A DNA stretch of 64,000 nt, from assembly GCF_009914755.1 (NCBI RefSeq), contig NC_060926.1; one strand, 5' to 3'. Under the pieces are notes generated by a model that saw nothing but the letters and a program-made list of their open reading frames with translations, was not told where the DNA came from and ran no database searches. Both the position numbers and the translations under genes were made by a program. Shown here one piece after another: positions 1 to 19,952 of this stretch. Every line of letters begins with the position of its first letter. The stretch's first letter is position 1. This DNA comes from the human T2T-CHM13v2.0 reference genome, Homo sapiens.

Positions 1-422
1 TTACCCTAAGGAGACAAATGCGGTGTAATCAATGTGATTAATTGTCATGATGAAAGATTGAGAATTTCAGTCTTTTAAAATGAAAGATTCATAATTATAC
101 ATCTAAACAGAATGTACAAAATGCCAGCTCATTCATCAAATTCATCATAGCAATGAAAAAAGAACTTATCCTAATTGAAAGGAGATATAATTTATATTCA
201 CATTATAATTATAAAATTCAAGTATATATATATATACTTTAAGATGCTTTTCTCAGATTTGATGCAATGGTGTAGCTAGTAAAAGGAGATTCTGTTTACA
301 AATATATAGAAAATGGAAACTTGGTCTTTAATAATAAGAAATTATTGTTTCTAATAATTAGAACTCTGGAAGGGTCTTGAGGGGAGGCACACATCTCAGT
401 TTTGTGTCATTTAAGAATAACA

Positions 423-1451
423 GGAGGGTGGAGCCAAGATGGCCGAATAGGAACAGCTCCAGTCTACAGGTCTCAGCGTAAGTGACACAGAAGACTACTG
501 ATTTCTGCATTTCCAACTGAGGTACCGGGTTCATCTCACTGGGGATTGTCAGGCAGTGGGTGCAGGATAGTGGGTGCAGCGCGGTGAGCGTGAGCTGAAG
601 CAGGGCGAGGCATCACCTCACCCAGGAAGCACAAGGGGTCAGGGAATTCCCTTTCCTAGCCGAGGAAAGGGGTGAGAGATGGCACCTGGAAAATTGGGTC
701 ACTCCCACCCTAATACTGTGCTTTTCCAACAGTCTTAGCAAACGGCACACTAGGAGATTATATCCCGCACCTGGCTTGGAGGGTCCTACGCCCACGGAGC
801 CTCCCTCATTGCTAGCACAGCAGTCTGAGATCAAACTGCAAGGCGGCAGTGAGGCTGGGGGAGGGGCACCCGCCATTGCTGAGGCTTGAGTAGGTAAACA
901 AAGCAGCGGCTGGGAAGCTTGAACTGGGTGGAGCCCACCACAGCTCAAGGAGGCCTGCCTGCCTCAGTAAACTCCACCTCTGGGGGCAGAGCATAGCCAA
1001 ACAAAAGGCAGCAGAAACCTCTGCAGACTTAAATGTCCCTGTCTGACAGCTTTGAAGACAGTAGTTCTCCCAGGACGCAGCTTGAGATCTGAGAACAGAC
1101 AGACTGCCTCCTCAAGTGGGTCCCTGACCCGCAAGTAGCCTAACTGGGAGGCACCCCCCAGTAGGGGCAGACTGATAACTCATACGGCCGGGTACCCCTC
1201 TGAGACAAAACTTCCAGAGGAACGATCAGGCAGCAATATTTGCTGTTCACCAATATCCGCTGTTCTGCAGCTTTCACTGCTGATACCCAGGCAAACAGGG
1301 TCTGGAGTGGACCTCCAGCAAACTCCAACAGACCTGCAGCTGAGGCTCCTGACTGTTAGAAGGAAAACTAACAAACAGAAAGGACATCCACACCAAAACC
1401 CCATCTGTACGTCACCATCATCAAAGACCAAAGGTAGTTAAAACCACAAAG
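423..1451 (+). promoter_or_regulatory. L1 5'UTR (internal sense promoter and antisense promoter) with intact YY1 site
   Basis: AAGATGGCC YY1 motif at 436-444; recognisable L1PA 5'UTR up to the ORF1 ATG at 1452. Confidence 0.8.
613..876 (-). CDS. L1 ORF0 homologue (87 aa, open)
   Basis: MAGAPPPASLPPCSLISDCCASN... matches primate L1 ORF0 N-terminus; ATG at 876; translation not demonstrated. Confidence 0.6.
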   Translation of the reverse strand: MAGAPPPASLPPCSLISDCCASNEGGSVGVGPSKPGAGYNLLVCRLLRLLEKHSIRVGVTQFSRCHLSPLSSARKGNSLTPCASWVR

Positions 1452-2464
1452 ATGGGGAAAAAACAGAGCAGAAAAACTGAAAATTCTAAAAATCAGAGCA
1501 CCTCTCCTCCTCCAAAGAAACACAGCTCCTCACTAGCAATGGAACAAAGCTGGACAGAGAATGACTTTGATGAGTTGAGAGAAGGCTTCAGACGATCAAA
1601 CTACTCCGAGCTAAAGGAAGAAGTTCAAACCCATGGCAAAGAAGTTAAAAACCTTGAAAAAAGATTAGATGAATGGCTAACTACAATAACCAATGCAGAG
1701 AAGTCCTTAAAGGACCTGATGGAGCTGAAAACCACGGCACGAGAAATAGGTGACAAATGCACAAGCCTTAGTAGCTGATTTGATCATCTGGAAGAAAGGG
1801 TATCAGTGATGGAAGATCAAATGAATGAAATGAAGTGAGAAAAGAAGTTTAGAGAAAAAAGAATAAAAAGAAACGAACAAAGCCTCCAAGAAATATGGGA
1901 GTATGTGAAAAGACCAAATCTACATCTGATTGGTGTACCTGAAAGTGACAGGGAGAATGGAACCAAGTTGGAAAACACTCTGCAGGATATTATCCAGGAG
2001 AACTTCCCCAATCTAGCAAGGCAGGCCAACATTCAAATTCAGGAAATATAGAGAAGCCACAAAGATACTCCTCGAGAAGAGCAACTCCAAGACACATAAT
2101 TGTCAGATTCACCAAAGTTGAAATGAAGGAAAAAATGTTAAGGGCAGCCAGAGAGAAAGGTCGGGTTACCCACAAAGGGAAGCCCATCAGATTAACAGGT
2201 GATCTCTGGGCAGAAACTCTACAAGCCAGAAGAGAGTGGGGGCCAATATTCAACATTCTTAAAGGAAAGAATTTTCAACCCAGAATTTCATATCCAGCCA
2301 AACTAAGCTTTATAAGTGAAGGAGAAATAAAATACTTTACAGACAAGCAAATGCTGAGAGATTTTGTCACCACCAGACCTGCCCTAAAAGAGCTCCTGAA
2401 GGAAGCACTAAACATGGAAAGGAACAACCGGTACCAGCTACTGCAAAAACATGCCAAATTGTAA
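1452..2464 (+). pseudogene. L1 ORF1p remnant (premature stops)
   Basis: MGKKQSRKTENSK... stops at 1778; C-terminal part MKEKMLRAAREKG...QKHAKL ends at 2464. Confidence 0.93.
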
Positions 2465-2527
2465 AGACCATCGAGGCTAGGAAGAAACTGCATCAACCAA
2501 CAAGCAAAATCACCAGCTAACATCATA

Positions 2528-6323
<3,796 letters not shown>

Positions 6324-6939
6324 GTGAACACATGGACACAGGAAGGGGAACATCACACACTGGGGACTCTTGTGGGGTGGGGGGAGGGGGGAGGGATAGC
6401 ATTAGGAGATATACCTAATGTTAAATGACGAGTTAATGGGTGCAGCACACCAATATGGCACATGTATACATATGTAACAAACCTGCACGTTGTGCACATG
6501 TACCCTAAAACTTAAAGTATAATAATAATAATAACAATGCATTAAACAGGAACTGCAGGTAAGAATGATTCAATAACAAGGTAATATGCAACACAGTTCT
6601 TAGGATTTCCCACCTCTGGTTCCTGTTCTATCCTGACCTGGCTTAATTGCTTTATTTATTGGTATGCTACAGTGTGCAGACTCTATAAATAAAGATTTGT
6701 ATACCTACAGAAAAGAAATGACTATATATTATAATAATACATGCATATAACTTTTTTATCCTTTTAGTTTAAAATGAGTTAGGTGGAAAAGGACGGTTTC
6801 CATAAGTGACCCAAGAAAAGAGAACATCCATGAAACGGTTAAAGAACAACAGAATAATTTTATAAGAGGAAAAAACAAATGCTGTGTGAATTTAAAAATG
6901 CATTTTCCTGTTAATTTATTAAAGATATATTAAATGGTG

Positions 6940-7340
6940 ACTAAGAGCCAGGCAGCATGCTGGGTGCTGAGAATGTAATAAAATATATACATATATTAAC
7001 TCAGGCCACAAGGTCTCACCAACTGTTCTGGAAGCCAGATGTGTAAACACATAATAACTATACAGCATGTTAGATGGAATCATAGAAAAATGTGCTAGGT
7101 AGCAGATAAGGAGCTTACCCTAAGGAGAATAATTAACTTTGTGAAGCAGGGAGTGGGAGGATGAAGACTGTATTGAAAAATTCCCTACAAAAATCACATA
7201 AGCTAGATTCTGAAGGGCGAATAGGAATCTACCAGGTGGTCTAAAGAGAGTAGGCATTCCAGCATGGGGGAAGAGCTGTGTGCGAAGGCACAGAAGAGAA
7301 CAGAATGACCTCTTCAGGGAGCATAAGTGGTGTGCCGGGG
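6940..7340 (-). mobile_element. L2 fragment (degraded)
   Basis: Purine-rich antisense L2-like sequence; approximate bounds. Confidence 0.45.
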
Positions 7341-9285
7341 CTAGGGCTTGAAGCATTTATCATCTCAAGCTGCCAACCCAGGACATGTTTTTATAATACT
7401 TGTATGCACCTCAGGGATATTATCCCAGGATTTAGGGAGCTGGCCATGTTCTGAATCTAAACAGGAATTCTGCTTCCTAGGGCAGGCTACGATACATACT
7501 TCTGTGTTTCATTTTATTCTCCCTTATGCCAGTAGAAACCTAGCTACTGGTCTGAAGCCAGGGAAGAGGATCTGTAAATACAGCCTCCTAGTGCAACAGA
7601 GGGCTCTGTGGCCAGTTTCCACAGAGCTCTTTGTTTCTAATGCTGGAGGAGATGGTTTCATTCCCTGGCAGAAGTGAGTGCTGAGTATTTTGACTGCACA
7701 ACAAAATCAAAATCCCTTGCCTTTGTTTGACCCATGCCCACCCCATGGAAAACAGTAGATTATTCATGTGGAATAAAATCCTGCATCACAGAAATACATT
7801 TCTGACTGAAGAGGTTTGTTTTGCTAGTTTGGATTCGTCTGCCTTTACAAGGCTCGTCCAAATGGCTTTAAAGTCCGTGTGCTTAAAGGAGACTCTATTT
7901 AGGATGCAGTAAGGCAGGACATGATTAAAACAAATCACTGAATGATTTCATTGGAGGACAAGCCCACTCTCACAATATATAGCCCTTAATTCCTTGACTG
8001 GAAATGTTACTTGTTGATTGCCAAAGACCTAGTCTGGGGAAGGGGAAGGCTGGGGAATGGGATGTTGTCTTTCATCATTGGGCATCTTGACTCTGAAAAA
8101 TCAGCACTTCCGTTTTTTGGTTCCTAGCCAGAACCATACAAGAGGGTCTTCCTTAAAAAAAAAAATAAGCAAAGTCTGTCTCTTTATCCTACCACCCTTG
8201 CTTTATCCCCAAAACACCACGAGAACTAGTACTGTCTAGTACTATCTAGAGGGTAGCTGAAAGGGAGGAGACAAAAGATGTGCCTCATTCTATAGCCCCC
8301 GCTACCCAGCCCTTCCTCTTTGGGGTTGCATGTAACTGCTGGTGGAGGATTCCTTGCTATCTTCAGTCTTGCAGTTTCTTGATTGTCCTCTCAGGCCATG
8401 TTCATAATAATTAGCAGATGGGTTTGTGAAGAAACAAATTTCCTCTTCCCCAGGCCTATAGGAAGGAGGCTATTCAAGCCTTTATTGGGGGATCAAGGTA
8501 AGACTACTGGATGCTGTTTGGAATTGTGAGGTTATTTCTTTCCCATGATCTTTCTCATGTTCAGTAAGTATTCTCTTGCAGCTATATCTTTTTAGCAATT
8601 CAGCTACCATTTGCAGCAAACATGTTATTCAGTAGGCAACTGGTAATACCATATAAAGAAGCAGAAAACATATTTCCTACCTATAAGAAATCTGCAGTGT
8701 ATTTAAAAAAGAGACAGGGAGTCTATGTGCCTAAAAGCATTGCTGGATGGTGGTGGTGGTGAATAGTTTATATTTATTTCTCAAGACCTCATTTTAAAAA
8801 CCCATAGGAATTTTCTCCTTTTGTTTTGTACAAAGAACAATTAAACATTCATGATTTTGATCAAGAATATAAATATTTGATTAAAATAAAGCCCAAACTT
8901 GTTATTCTCCTTCCTCTGTGGGTGTTGGTTGCAAATCCTTGCAAAACTCAGAGATGAGTGTTAGTGTTAGTTCTGAGCAAGAATCAGAATTATCCTTGCT
9001 ATTAAAATGTATCTGATGAGAGTAAAACTCACCTAGGGGCTGCTATAACTAAAGAGGTACTTTTGAGTTACTTGAATTAATGACTCCAGCACTGAGGAGT
9101 GAAAACGAGGTCTGGGTCAGCTCTCTCTCTGTAGGATGCTCTATCAGTGGGAGCCGGGTTAAGATTTTGATGAAAGATGTTTTTTTTAATGTCATCAGTT
9201 AGGGGGACTTGAGCTGACATTTATAAAGCGTTATTCTGTTTGTCTTATTTAGCATGCTTATTCAGCCAAGTAAGAAACATGTTTT

Positions 9286-9551
<266 letters not shown>

Positions 9552-9959
9552 CTAGTTTTATTGTCTAACTTAGTTTAAACCCTTGAACATAAAGGCCATG
9601 CTTATACTTTTTCAGTTCTCCAAAGAGATGTACATATAGGAAGATACACTATTAATGCTTGTTGTTTAATTCATTTTTCAGCCCCCTGTATCATGTACTA
9701 TAGTAGTTTATAATTTTTATATCTTTTGAATGATATAAGAAATTCTATCTCAAAAACTTATTAAGTATCTGAAGAAAATTTGAAAATTAAATTTAAAGCT
9801 GAACCTTCATTATGAAAGCTCTTCCTAGGATGACATCTTGCCATCCATAACACATCTGTAAAAACACCCATGTATTTTAATTAGTACTTATACCCTCACC
9901 TCACTCTATAAGTTAGCTGAGGCAGATTACCAAAATATGCAATAATCCGGAAACCATAA

Positions 9960-10165
9960 AGTGCTAAGGCTTGAATTAGACTATCTGGGTTTGAATTCTA
10001 ACTCCCCTACCTATAAGCTCTGTGTCTTTGGACAAAATGCTTAATCTCTCTAAGCCACAGACTCTTGAGTTATAGGAGAGGTTGACATGAGTATTAAATA
10101 CACTAATCCATGCAAAGTATTTAGCACAGTACCTGACCCACAGTTAGCTTCTAATAAATGTTAGA
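9960..10165 (+). mobile_element. MIR
   Basis: ctgggtttgaattcta...cttaatctctctaagcc...aaagtatttagcacagtacctg MIR core and 3' end. Confidence 0.7.
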
Positions 10166-10919
10166 AAACATACAATACAAAAAAGTAAAATAAATTATAA
10201 ATAAATATAAATCAGGATCAGAGAAAATATAATTTAAAAGATCCTATTCTAAGGAGTTAAACTTCAATTATGCATTAAAGCCTGGCTATGAATTAAGCTG
10301 AAGCCTAATGACCAAAGCGTAAGGGAAATGTGGCTAGTCAGTGCACACTATTAATAAAGTTATCTTTGAGGAAGATAAGTGAAATCTTTATTGGCTGATA
10401 GAAAAGCAGTTCTCATGTGTGGCTTCAGGTGGGAAAACACTGGGCGTGTAGTATAATGTTGCCAAGTCTTAACATTAAACTCCCTGGGTTTTGGGTGGTA
10501 GTCTCCTAAAACCTGCTTAAAGGTATGCCAAAGGCATAATGCCAGCATGTAAAAATTCACGAGGGCCCCCTAGAACATTGTTACATCAGTTATAGACTTT
10601 TTTTAAGCAACTCATATATTTTTTTAAGTTTGCAAGCTAGAGCTTATAGAAGAGATCTACTATTTTATTTCCTCTGTCCACTTTTACTTATATATGGGAT
10701 TTGGAAGTTTTCTCCAACCTTACCCAGGGTACCTTTTATCCATAAATGCTTTCTTCGTCATATCCCAACATGTAGACCACTGCCTACCCTGTTTCAGTTC
10801 AATGTCCTTTTGTTCAGCTGCTGTTACATGTCAGCCCTCTGCTGGGTGCTGGATATGTCTGTTCTCAAGGAGCTCAGTCTGCGTCCCCTTTAGATAAATC
10901 CTGCCCCCTTTCACCTGCC

Positions 10920-11035
10920 AGACTGTAAGCTCCTTGGTGGCTGGGGACATTATTTTGCATATTGTCATATTTTCAAAGCCTAGCAGGCTATCTGGCACAT
11001 AATATAGATGCTGAGTAAATACTGTTGAATGCATG
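10920..11035 (+). mobile_element. L2 3' end
   Basis: gactgtaagctcct...ctggcacata...taaatactgttgaatgcatgaa. Confidence 0.65.
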
Positions 11036-11239
11036 AAGGGGATTCTTGCAGTCCTATACATCAATAGGTGTGGGAATGTTGGCTTTTAACACAAATTGTT
11101 GCATGTCTTATATAAACTTTCTTTCGTGCAGCACACAGAAGATCCATGCTGCTGCTGCTGCTAAGTCCATTGCTCTTTGTAGGATCCTCCGCCATTTGTG
11201 GAAGGTGTATTGCTGTTAGTAGCCCCAACTCTGACAGAG

Positions 11240-11610
11240 AGACTGGCTTGCTACTCACCATCTCTGTTTCCTTTTCTTCGTGGACATGCAGCTAGATTCT
11301 ATTTCCCAGCCTCCCTTGCAGTTAGGTATGACCATGTGGTTAATTCTGGCCAGCGGAATAAAAGCAGAAATGATAGGAAAGGATAGCACGTGGGAAATTG
11401 TATGGGTCAGGTGCAGAGGTGTGTCACTCCCTTCTCTGTCAGCTGGATATTGATACCTAGGGTAACCAGGCATTGCAGATGGCAGATTCTCTGTAACCTG
11501 GATCCCTGAATGACTATGGAGCAGAGCTGCTACTACTCCTGTCTCCTGTTCATTGGACTTTGTGTGAGCAAGAAAAGAAAACATTTAATGTGTGAAACCA
11601 CTAAGATTTC
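11240..11610 (+). mobile_element. ERVL-MaLR LTR (MLT1I/J-like)
   Basis: atttcccagcctcccttgcagttagg...ggatccctgaatgactatggagcagagc...aaaccactaagattt. Confidence 0.65.
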
Positions 11611-12179
11611 CAATATAGACTTTTTCTTTTATTGCCTGCCCAATGGAGGCCTTTCCTTAGGAAGAATAGTCTCTTACTGATTTTCACCAAGTTGACCTTT
11701 CGGAAGCTTTCCTTTTTTTTTTTTTTTAATCCCAGAACTAATTGAAATGTATGCTTTGGTCTATTCATGGGAAAGGTTTGTCACAGCTGATTCTGTGTGC
11801 CAATGCTAAAGGGATAGTTATGTTTTGTTCAGTAAGCTTAAGTCAGTGGCAGAAGGAAGAAAAACAAAACAATCCTAGTTCCCTAGTACTGTGTCATTTC
11901 TCACTCCTCCCAGCCATTATAATGTGATTTCCCCAAGCCAAGCAACAGTTTACAAAGAGCAGCTGTCTCCTTAAGAAGAAAGGACTTTTTTTCCTGCTCA
12001 TACATGCCATTTATTTCAGTAGAGCATTCTTGTGGGCCAAGACTGAACAATTTTGAAATGCATGTTGTACAATCAGATACCAGTGTTGAGTGTTATAAGG
12101 TATTTGGGGCATTTAAAAAACAATATAGATGACATGTCAGCTCTTCAGAAAGGGTGGAGAAGAGTTATTAAGACTATCA

Positions 12180-12505
<326 letters not shown>

Positions 12506-12619
12506 GACTATCATCTTTTAAACTGGTAGCTTGTGGGGTATGTTTGATATTAACAACAAAATCTCTCAAAGTAGATAGTTACATTTACTATAGAATACTT
12601 CTAACAATTGTTATGAGAA

Positions 12620-12850
12620 CATATAGTGTAATATTTAAGCACCTAAGCTCTGAACTTGGACACCTTGGGTTCAAATCCTATTCAACAACTCTCTTCTCTG
12701 TGTGACTCTGGACAAGGCATCTAATATCTCTGTGCCTTGGTTTCCTTTTTGGAAAATGAAGAAAAAATAGTACTGTACCTATTGGAGGAATAGATTCAAT
12801 AATCTGTGTAAAACACTTAGCACAATTCCTTGTAGAGTAAGCTGATGTGA
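12620..12850 (+). mobile_element. MIR
   Basis: gggttcaaatcct...tgtgtgactctggacaag...tctctgtgccttggtttcc...aaaacacttagcaca. Confidence 0.7.
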
Positions 12851-12868
12851 TAATATTAATGAAAACAG

Positions 12869-13172
<304 letters not shown>

Positions 13173-15269
13173 TTAACGAAAACAATTAATGTTACTCATA
13201 ATTATTTTTAATGATTCTAGGTTATTCAAATGTAATGGATCCCAAGTAAAGTCTTGGCAGTAGGTAGTGTGGATATATCTCTTGATTTTTACTGTGCCTC
13301 AAAGCCAATCCTGGGGGATCCCAGTAAAGGTAAGGAAGGACTGAGAAACTAAGTTTATGTGGACTACTTGGTCTCTGAGAGTCATTCATTCTCAATCAAT
13401 ATATTTAAGCACCTGTTATGTGAGTTGGTATTGAATTGTCACTGAAGGCTCAGTGGTTTTATGACAAGCAGCCATGGAAGAGTTAACACATTGCAAGGAG
13501 AGTCAGTTCCTGTGCCCTTGTTACTGTTGTCAGTCAGGGAGTAATAGCTTGTATTTTGACTGTTTGATCTACCAACTTTGTTATCTCATACTTAAAAAGG
13601 TTTAAAAATTTGTAATTCTAGTGTAAACACATTTACCCATGCCACTGAGTAAATGTGCTTATTTCATCACATAAAGAATAATCATCTACTGCTTTTTCAC
13701 AGTTCTCTAATAACTAAGAAAGTAGAAGCATTTTCTTTTTCTAGTTTATAATATCTTTTGTCCCCTCTACTTTACAGGAATGTCGTTTTCGGTAGCACAA
13801 TTCCTAAGACTTCCTAAATCTTGTCTTACAAATATGGGAAATGGCGGAGGGTTTTCAAGTTTCTAGGTTGCTTTTTTTGTTATTTTAAAACGAGAGAATC
13901 AGAACACAAATGTAGTAAAAACATTGGCAAGAGCTTCAGATTATTAAGATTACTAGAAAGTTGCATGTTCCAGTTTATGAACGAGAACTGCAGCTCCACC
14001 ACTGTCTTTTGTATACACAGATGATGTTCTAATTTAATCCCTTCTTACGGATTGCTACATTTTGCTGGTTTCCTATCTAAGAAATGAGATGAATTTAATT
14101 GCTTCTTCACTTATACGATATCTTAAAATAAGTTATTTTAGGGAAATCAATTTTAATCCTGTATCTGCCCTGGAAAACATCAGAGCATACAAGCAGAGTG
14201 GCTTTCATTCTTCTGCTTTTAGTATCAGAAATTTTGTTTTTGTGCTTTACTATTTTTTCCTTCACTTAATGCCCTGAGTTAATTTAAAGAATGTAATTCC
14301 CAATTATCTAATCAGTCTCAAAAGCAATATAGAAACTAGAAGTCTAACTGTGGAGAATCTTTTACAACTACCACTTAATACTAGTCAGTAAATTCTAAGA
14401 ATAGTTTAAAAGCATCCTGACTTAAGTCATCCCACTGGAAAATGCTTTAATTATCTTAGAACACTCAAAGTTTTAGAAAATGATTAGAATTTCTGAGAGG
14501 GGGAAAATAGATACAAACCCTGTGGTTGGAAGAGTTTGTGTGTGTCCAAGCCTTCACACTTAAAAGAATAACTGCTAGAATTGTTTTTTATCTAGAATTA
14601 TAATAAATATATTTTAATGTTTTGGTTGCTTGTAAATCCTGCAATTGATTGCTTAGACATACACATAACAAGAGGTTTGGCGTCAGCATTAAAGTTAACC
14701 TACTACCATTTGATGTGTTTTCAGGTTTTCGGTAATTCATCTTTAAGAAATGATTTCCAAATCTGTGTTGGATTTTGCTATTGAATCTAATTAATTTTGA
14801 ATAAATTAATTTATTTCTTGGAATATTTTTGAGTTTTTCCCCCAGTGTGGTTAATGAAAAAAAATCTGCATATGTGAAAAGAAATGGACTTAGCATCATC
14901 TTTAATAATAGAAATGAAAATACTTACAATTATTCCCATTAGGTACTATGGTGTCAACACTCATAATTAAGACTATCCAGGCATTATTCAATTCTGAGAA
15001 AGCTGGCATTATCTAGGGTATTGCAATTGTTTTGCCAGATAAAGCAAACACGTTATTTGACTTCTTAGGAAATTAACTGTGTATGCTACTGCTAATCATC
15101 TAGTCCATCTTACTAGTTAAAAAAAAAAAAACCTAGTTAAAATGATGACTGAAACATATATAAAACCTAAGAAAGTTATTTTAATGTTTCTTAGTCAACT
15201 GTGAGGCATACAATCTAATGTACCCAGTAAAAACAGTGTTTATTCCATTATGGACTGACTTAAGTAATA

Positions 15270-15990
15270 TCATCCCTGATAATTTTTTTATTATGCCAGA
15301 TATTGTGAATGGTACCTGGTTGGGTGCTGGCTATTTCTGTCTTCCTATAAATATTCTTGAGCTTTGTTCTGGGTCACAGCTAAGTTACTTGGAAATAGTG
15401 TGATCCTTTGGGTCTTGCTTTTAAGATTATGTAGATGAGACCAGAGCAGTGTTTAGCCTACGGCTAATTATTTCATAATACTAACAAAAGACCTTGTTGA
15501 GTACTCTACCAATCCTAGGAATCATGAGTTGTTCCAGTTTGGCTGGTGGGAAGAAGTGTTCCCCGCCTTGTGTGGGTTCTGGGTATTGTTCTCTGAAATG
15601 GTTTTGGGTAGTTCATTCCCTCACTCTGAATAGTGTCTGCACATGTTTTGCTGATCAGTACTCTGCTGAATACGTTAGGGGAGCCCTCTATAGATCTCTG
15701 GAGTTTTCTCCCTATGATGCTATCTCCTCTCTGGCATTCTGCCCTGGAACTCTAGCCACCTTGGCTCCCTAGACTCTTGGCTAGAGTCTTCAACTTGGCA
15801 GTTCTCTTTTTTTGCCCTGCAGATTTCAGACTCTCATCAGTCAGTAAACTAAAGCTTTTCATTTGCTTCCCATCTCTCAGGGATCACTGTCCTTGTTGCT
15901 GATGTCCCTCAGGAACCACTGTCTCATATGTTTTGTCCGGTTTTTTAGTTACTTGAGGAAGGAGAATAAATTTAGTCCCTGTTATTCCAT
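15270..15990 (-). mobile_element. Ancient L1M-type fragment
   Basis: Resemblance to old mammalian L1 sequence from memory only; bounds approximate. Confidence 0.35.
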
Positions 15991-16379
15991 TCTGGCAGAG
16001 GCAGACTACTGTCAGATCAAATTTTAAAAGAATTTTGATCTTTTAGTTTAATTTTCCAAAATACGAGTTAAGAGTCTCTGATGATATTATCTCCAAATGA
16101 GACTATTTCTCAGGGGATGGAACCAGATGATTTCTTAATCTCGTCTAGCTATAAAACCTGTTGTGACAATATCTGGTTTTTACATTTAAAGCAGTGTCTT
16201 AATGAAGGTTTTAATTCAGACAATGCAGTTACTACATAATAAGATAATGACCATTTTTCCACCTGTTATCTCTGTCTTCCTCTCATTCCCATAAATGGTG
16301 AAGATATAAAACTGGTAATGGGACATGGCAAATTGTTTCTGCACTCATTTTTTTAACTGAACTATATATTAAGAAGCAT

Positions 16380-16737
<358 letters not shown>

Positions 16738-16834
16738 CTAAGGTATGTAAAAAGCAATGTTAACCATGATGCTAATTATAATGGGGAAAAGTAGAAATAA
16801 TCTTAATGTCAAAGTAGGTGCCCTAGAATGGATG

Positions 16835-17870
<1,036 letters not shown>

Positions 17871-17936
17871 ATCTTAAAAATAGGTGCCTAGTTAAATAAT
17901 TCACATTTCAAAACAGAGTAGCCTAAGAAATGCTAA

Positions 17937-18170
<234 letters not shown>

Positions 18171-18948
18171 TAAAACATGATTTTTTCCAGCAATACCTCA
18201 ATAAACAATCCAATTATTACTGAAGATTGCCCAAAGCTAAATTCCAGTATTCATAATCTCTTTCTAGATTTCATGGTAGTCATAATTGTAAAGCAGTGTG
18301 CTTACGTTGTTAAGCTGATCTGAGCCAGCCTGTAACTGTGCACACTCCTCTGACAATCAGCTTAATGAGATGCTACAGAGATCCCTCAAAGGAGCCAAAC
18401 AAATGAATTAGCATGAGTGCTTTTGGTCTAAAATAAGGTACCTTAAACCTGCTGATAATAACCCTAAAGGAAATAAAATTCATCATTGTTATTCCATTAG
18501 GAGATTTTGAACCAGAAGAATCTAACCATATGCTGGCTTTGGTAATGCTACTACATTTATGGTAACAATATCTGTCTGTCTTGTCATATCTTCCTTATTA
18601 GAAACATAGGAGCTGAAATAGGAATGAGATTATTCTGCTCCAGGAATCTTAACTACTCAGTCATCTATTAATATATAAGGTGGGCCCCAGGAAATGCGTG
18701 CATTTATAGCACTATTTGAGCACTGCTGTTCCAACTACAGATTAATAGTGCTGTTAGTTAATAATTGGGTAAATGGTCTTTTCATATGAAGAGGAGAGCA
18801 CCATTGAATTGTATGAGTCATGGTGAAAGGCACTGAGAGATAATCCTATATAAATGCAGTTTTATAATCGATCAATGACAGATCCAATATCAGCCCTGGG
18901 TCTCTTGACACGTACCCAGCCCTGTGTTTTTCCATTATGTGGAGCTAA

Positions 18949-19302
<354 letters not shown>

Positions 19303-19597
19303 TGAGTGGCGTATCGATGAATTCATGTGGACTATTGTTAAAGAGATCCACCTACTATGCAGAAAAAATATTGTTTTAAGTAGCTTGGGGTTTTCTTGTT
19401 TTTTGTTTGTTTGTTTTCTTTTATAATACAAGGTACTAGGGAAGTATTAGTTTTCAATTTCTCTGGTATTCTAAAGGTTTTTCAAATTTAAGTCAAATAC
19501 ATATAAGGCTATACAGTCATTTTGCTACTAGGGATAGGGAGTGAGTGGTAATCTTCTCTATGACTTACCTTCATTTGTTAAAAAAAAAAAAAACAAT

Positions 19598-19952
<355 letters not shown>

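Noticed and set aside
6372-6395. G-quadruplex-forming tract
   Set aside because: Standard, already described feature of L1PA 3'UTRs
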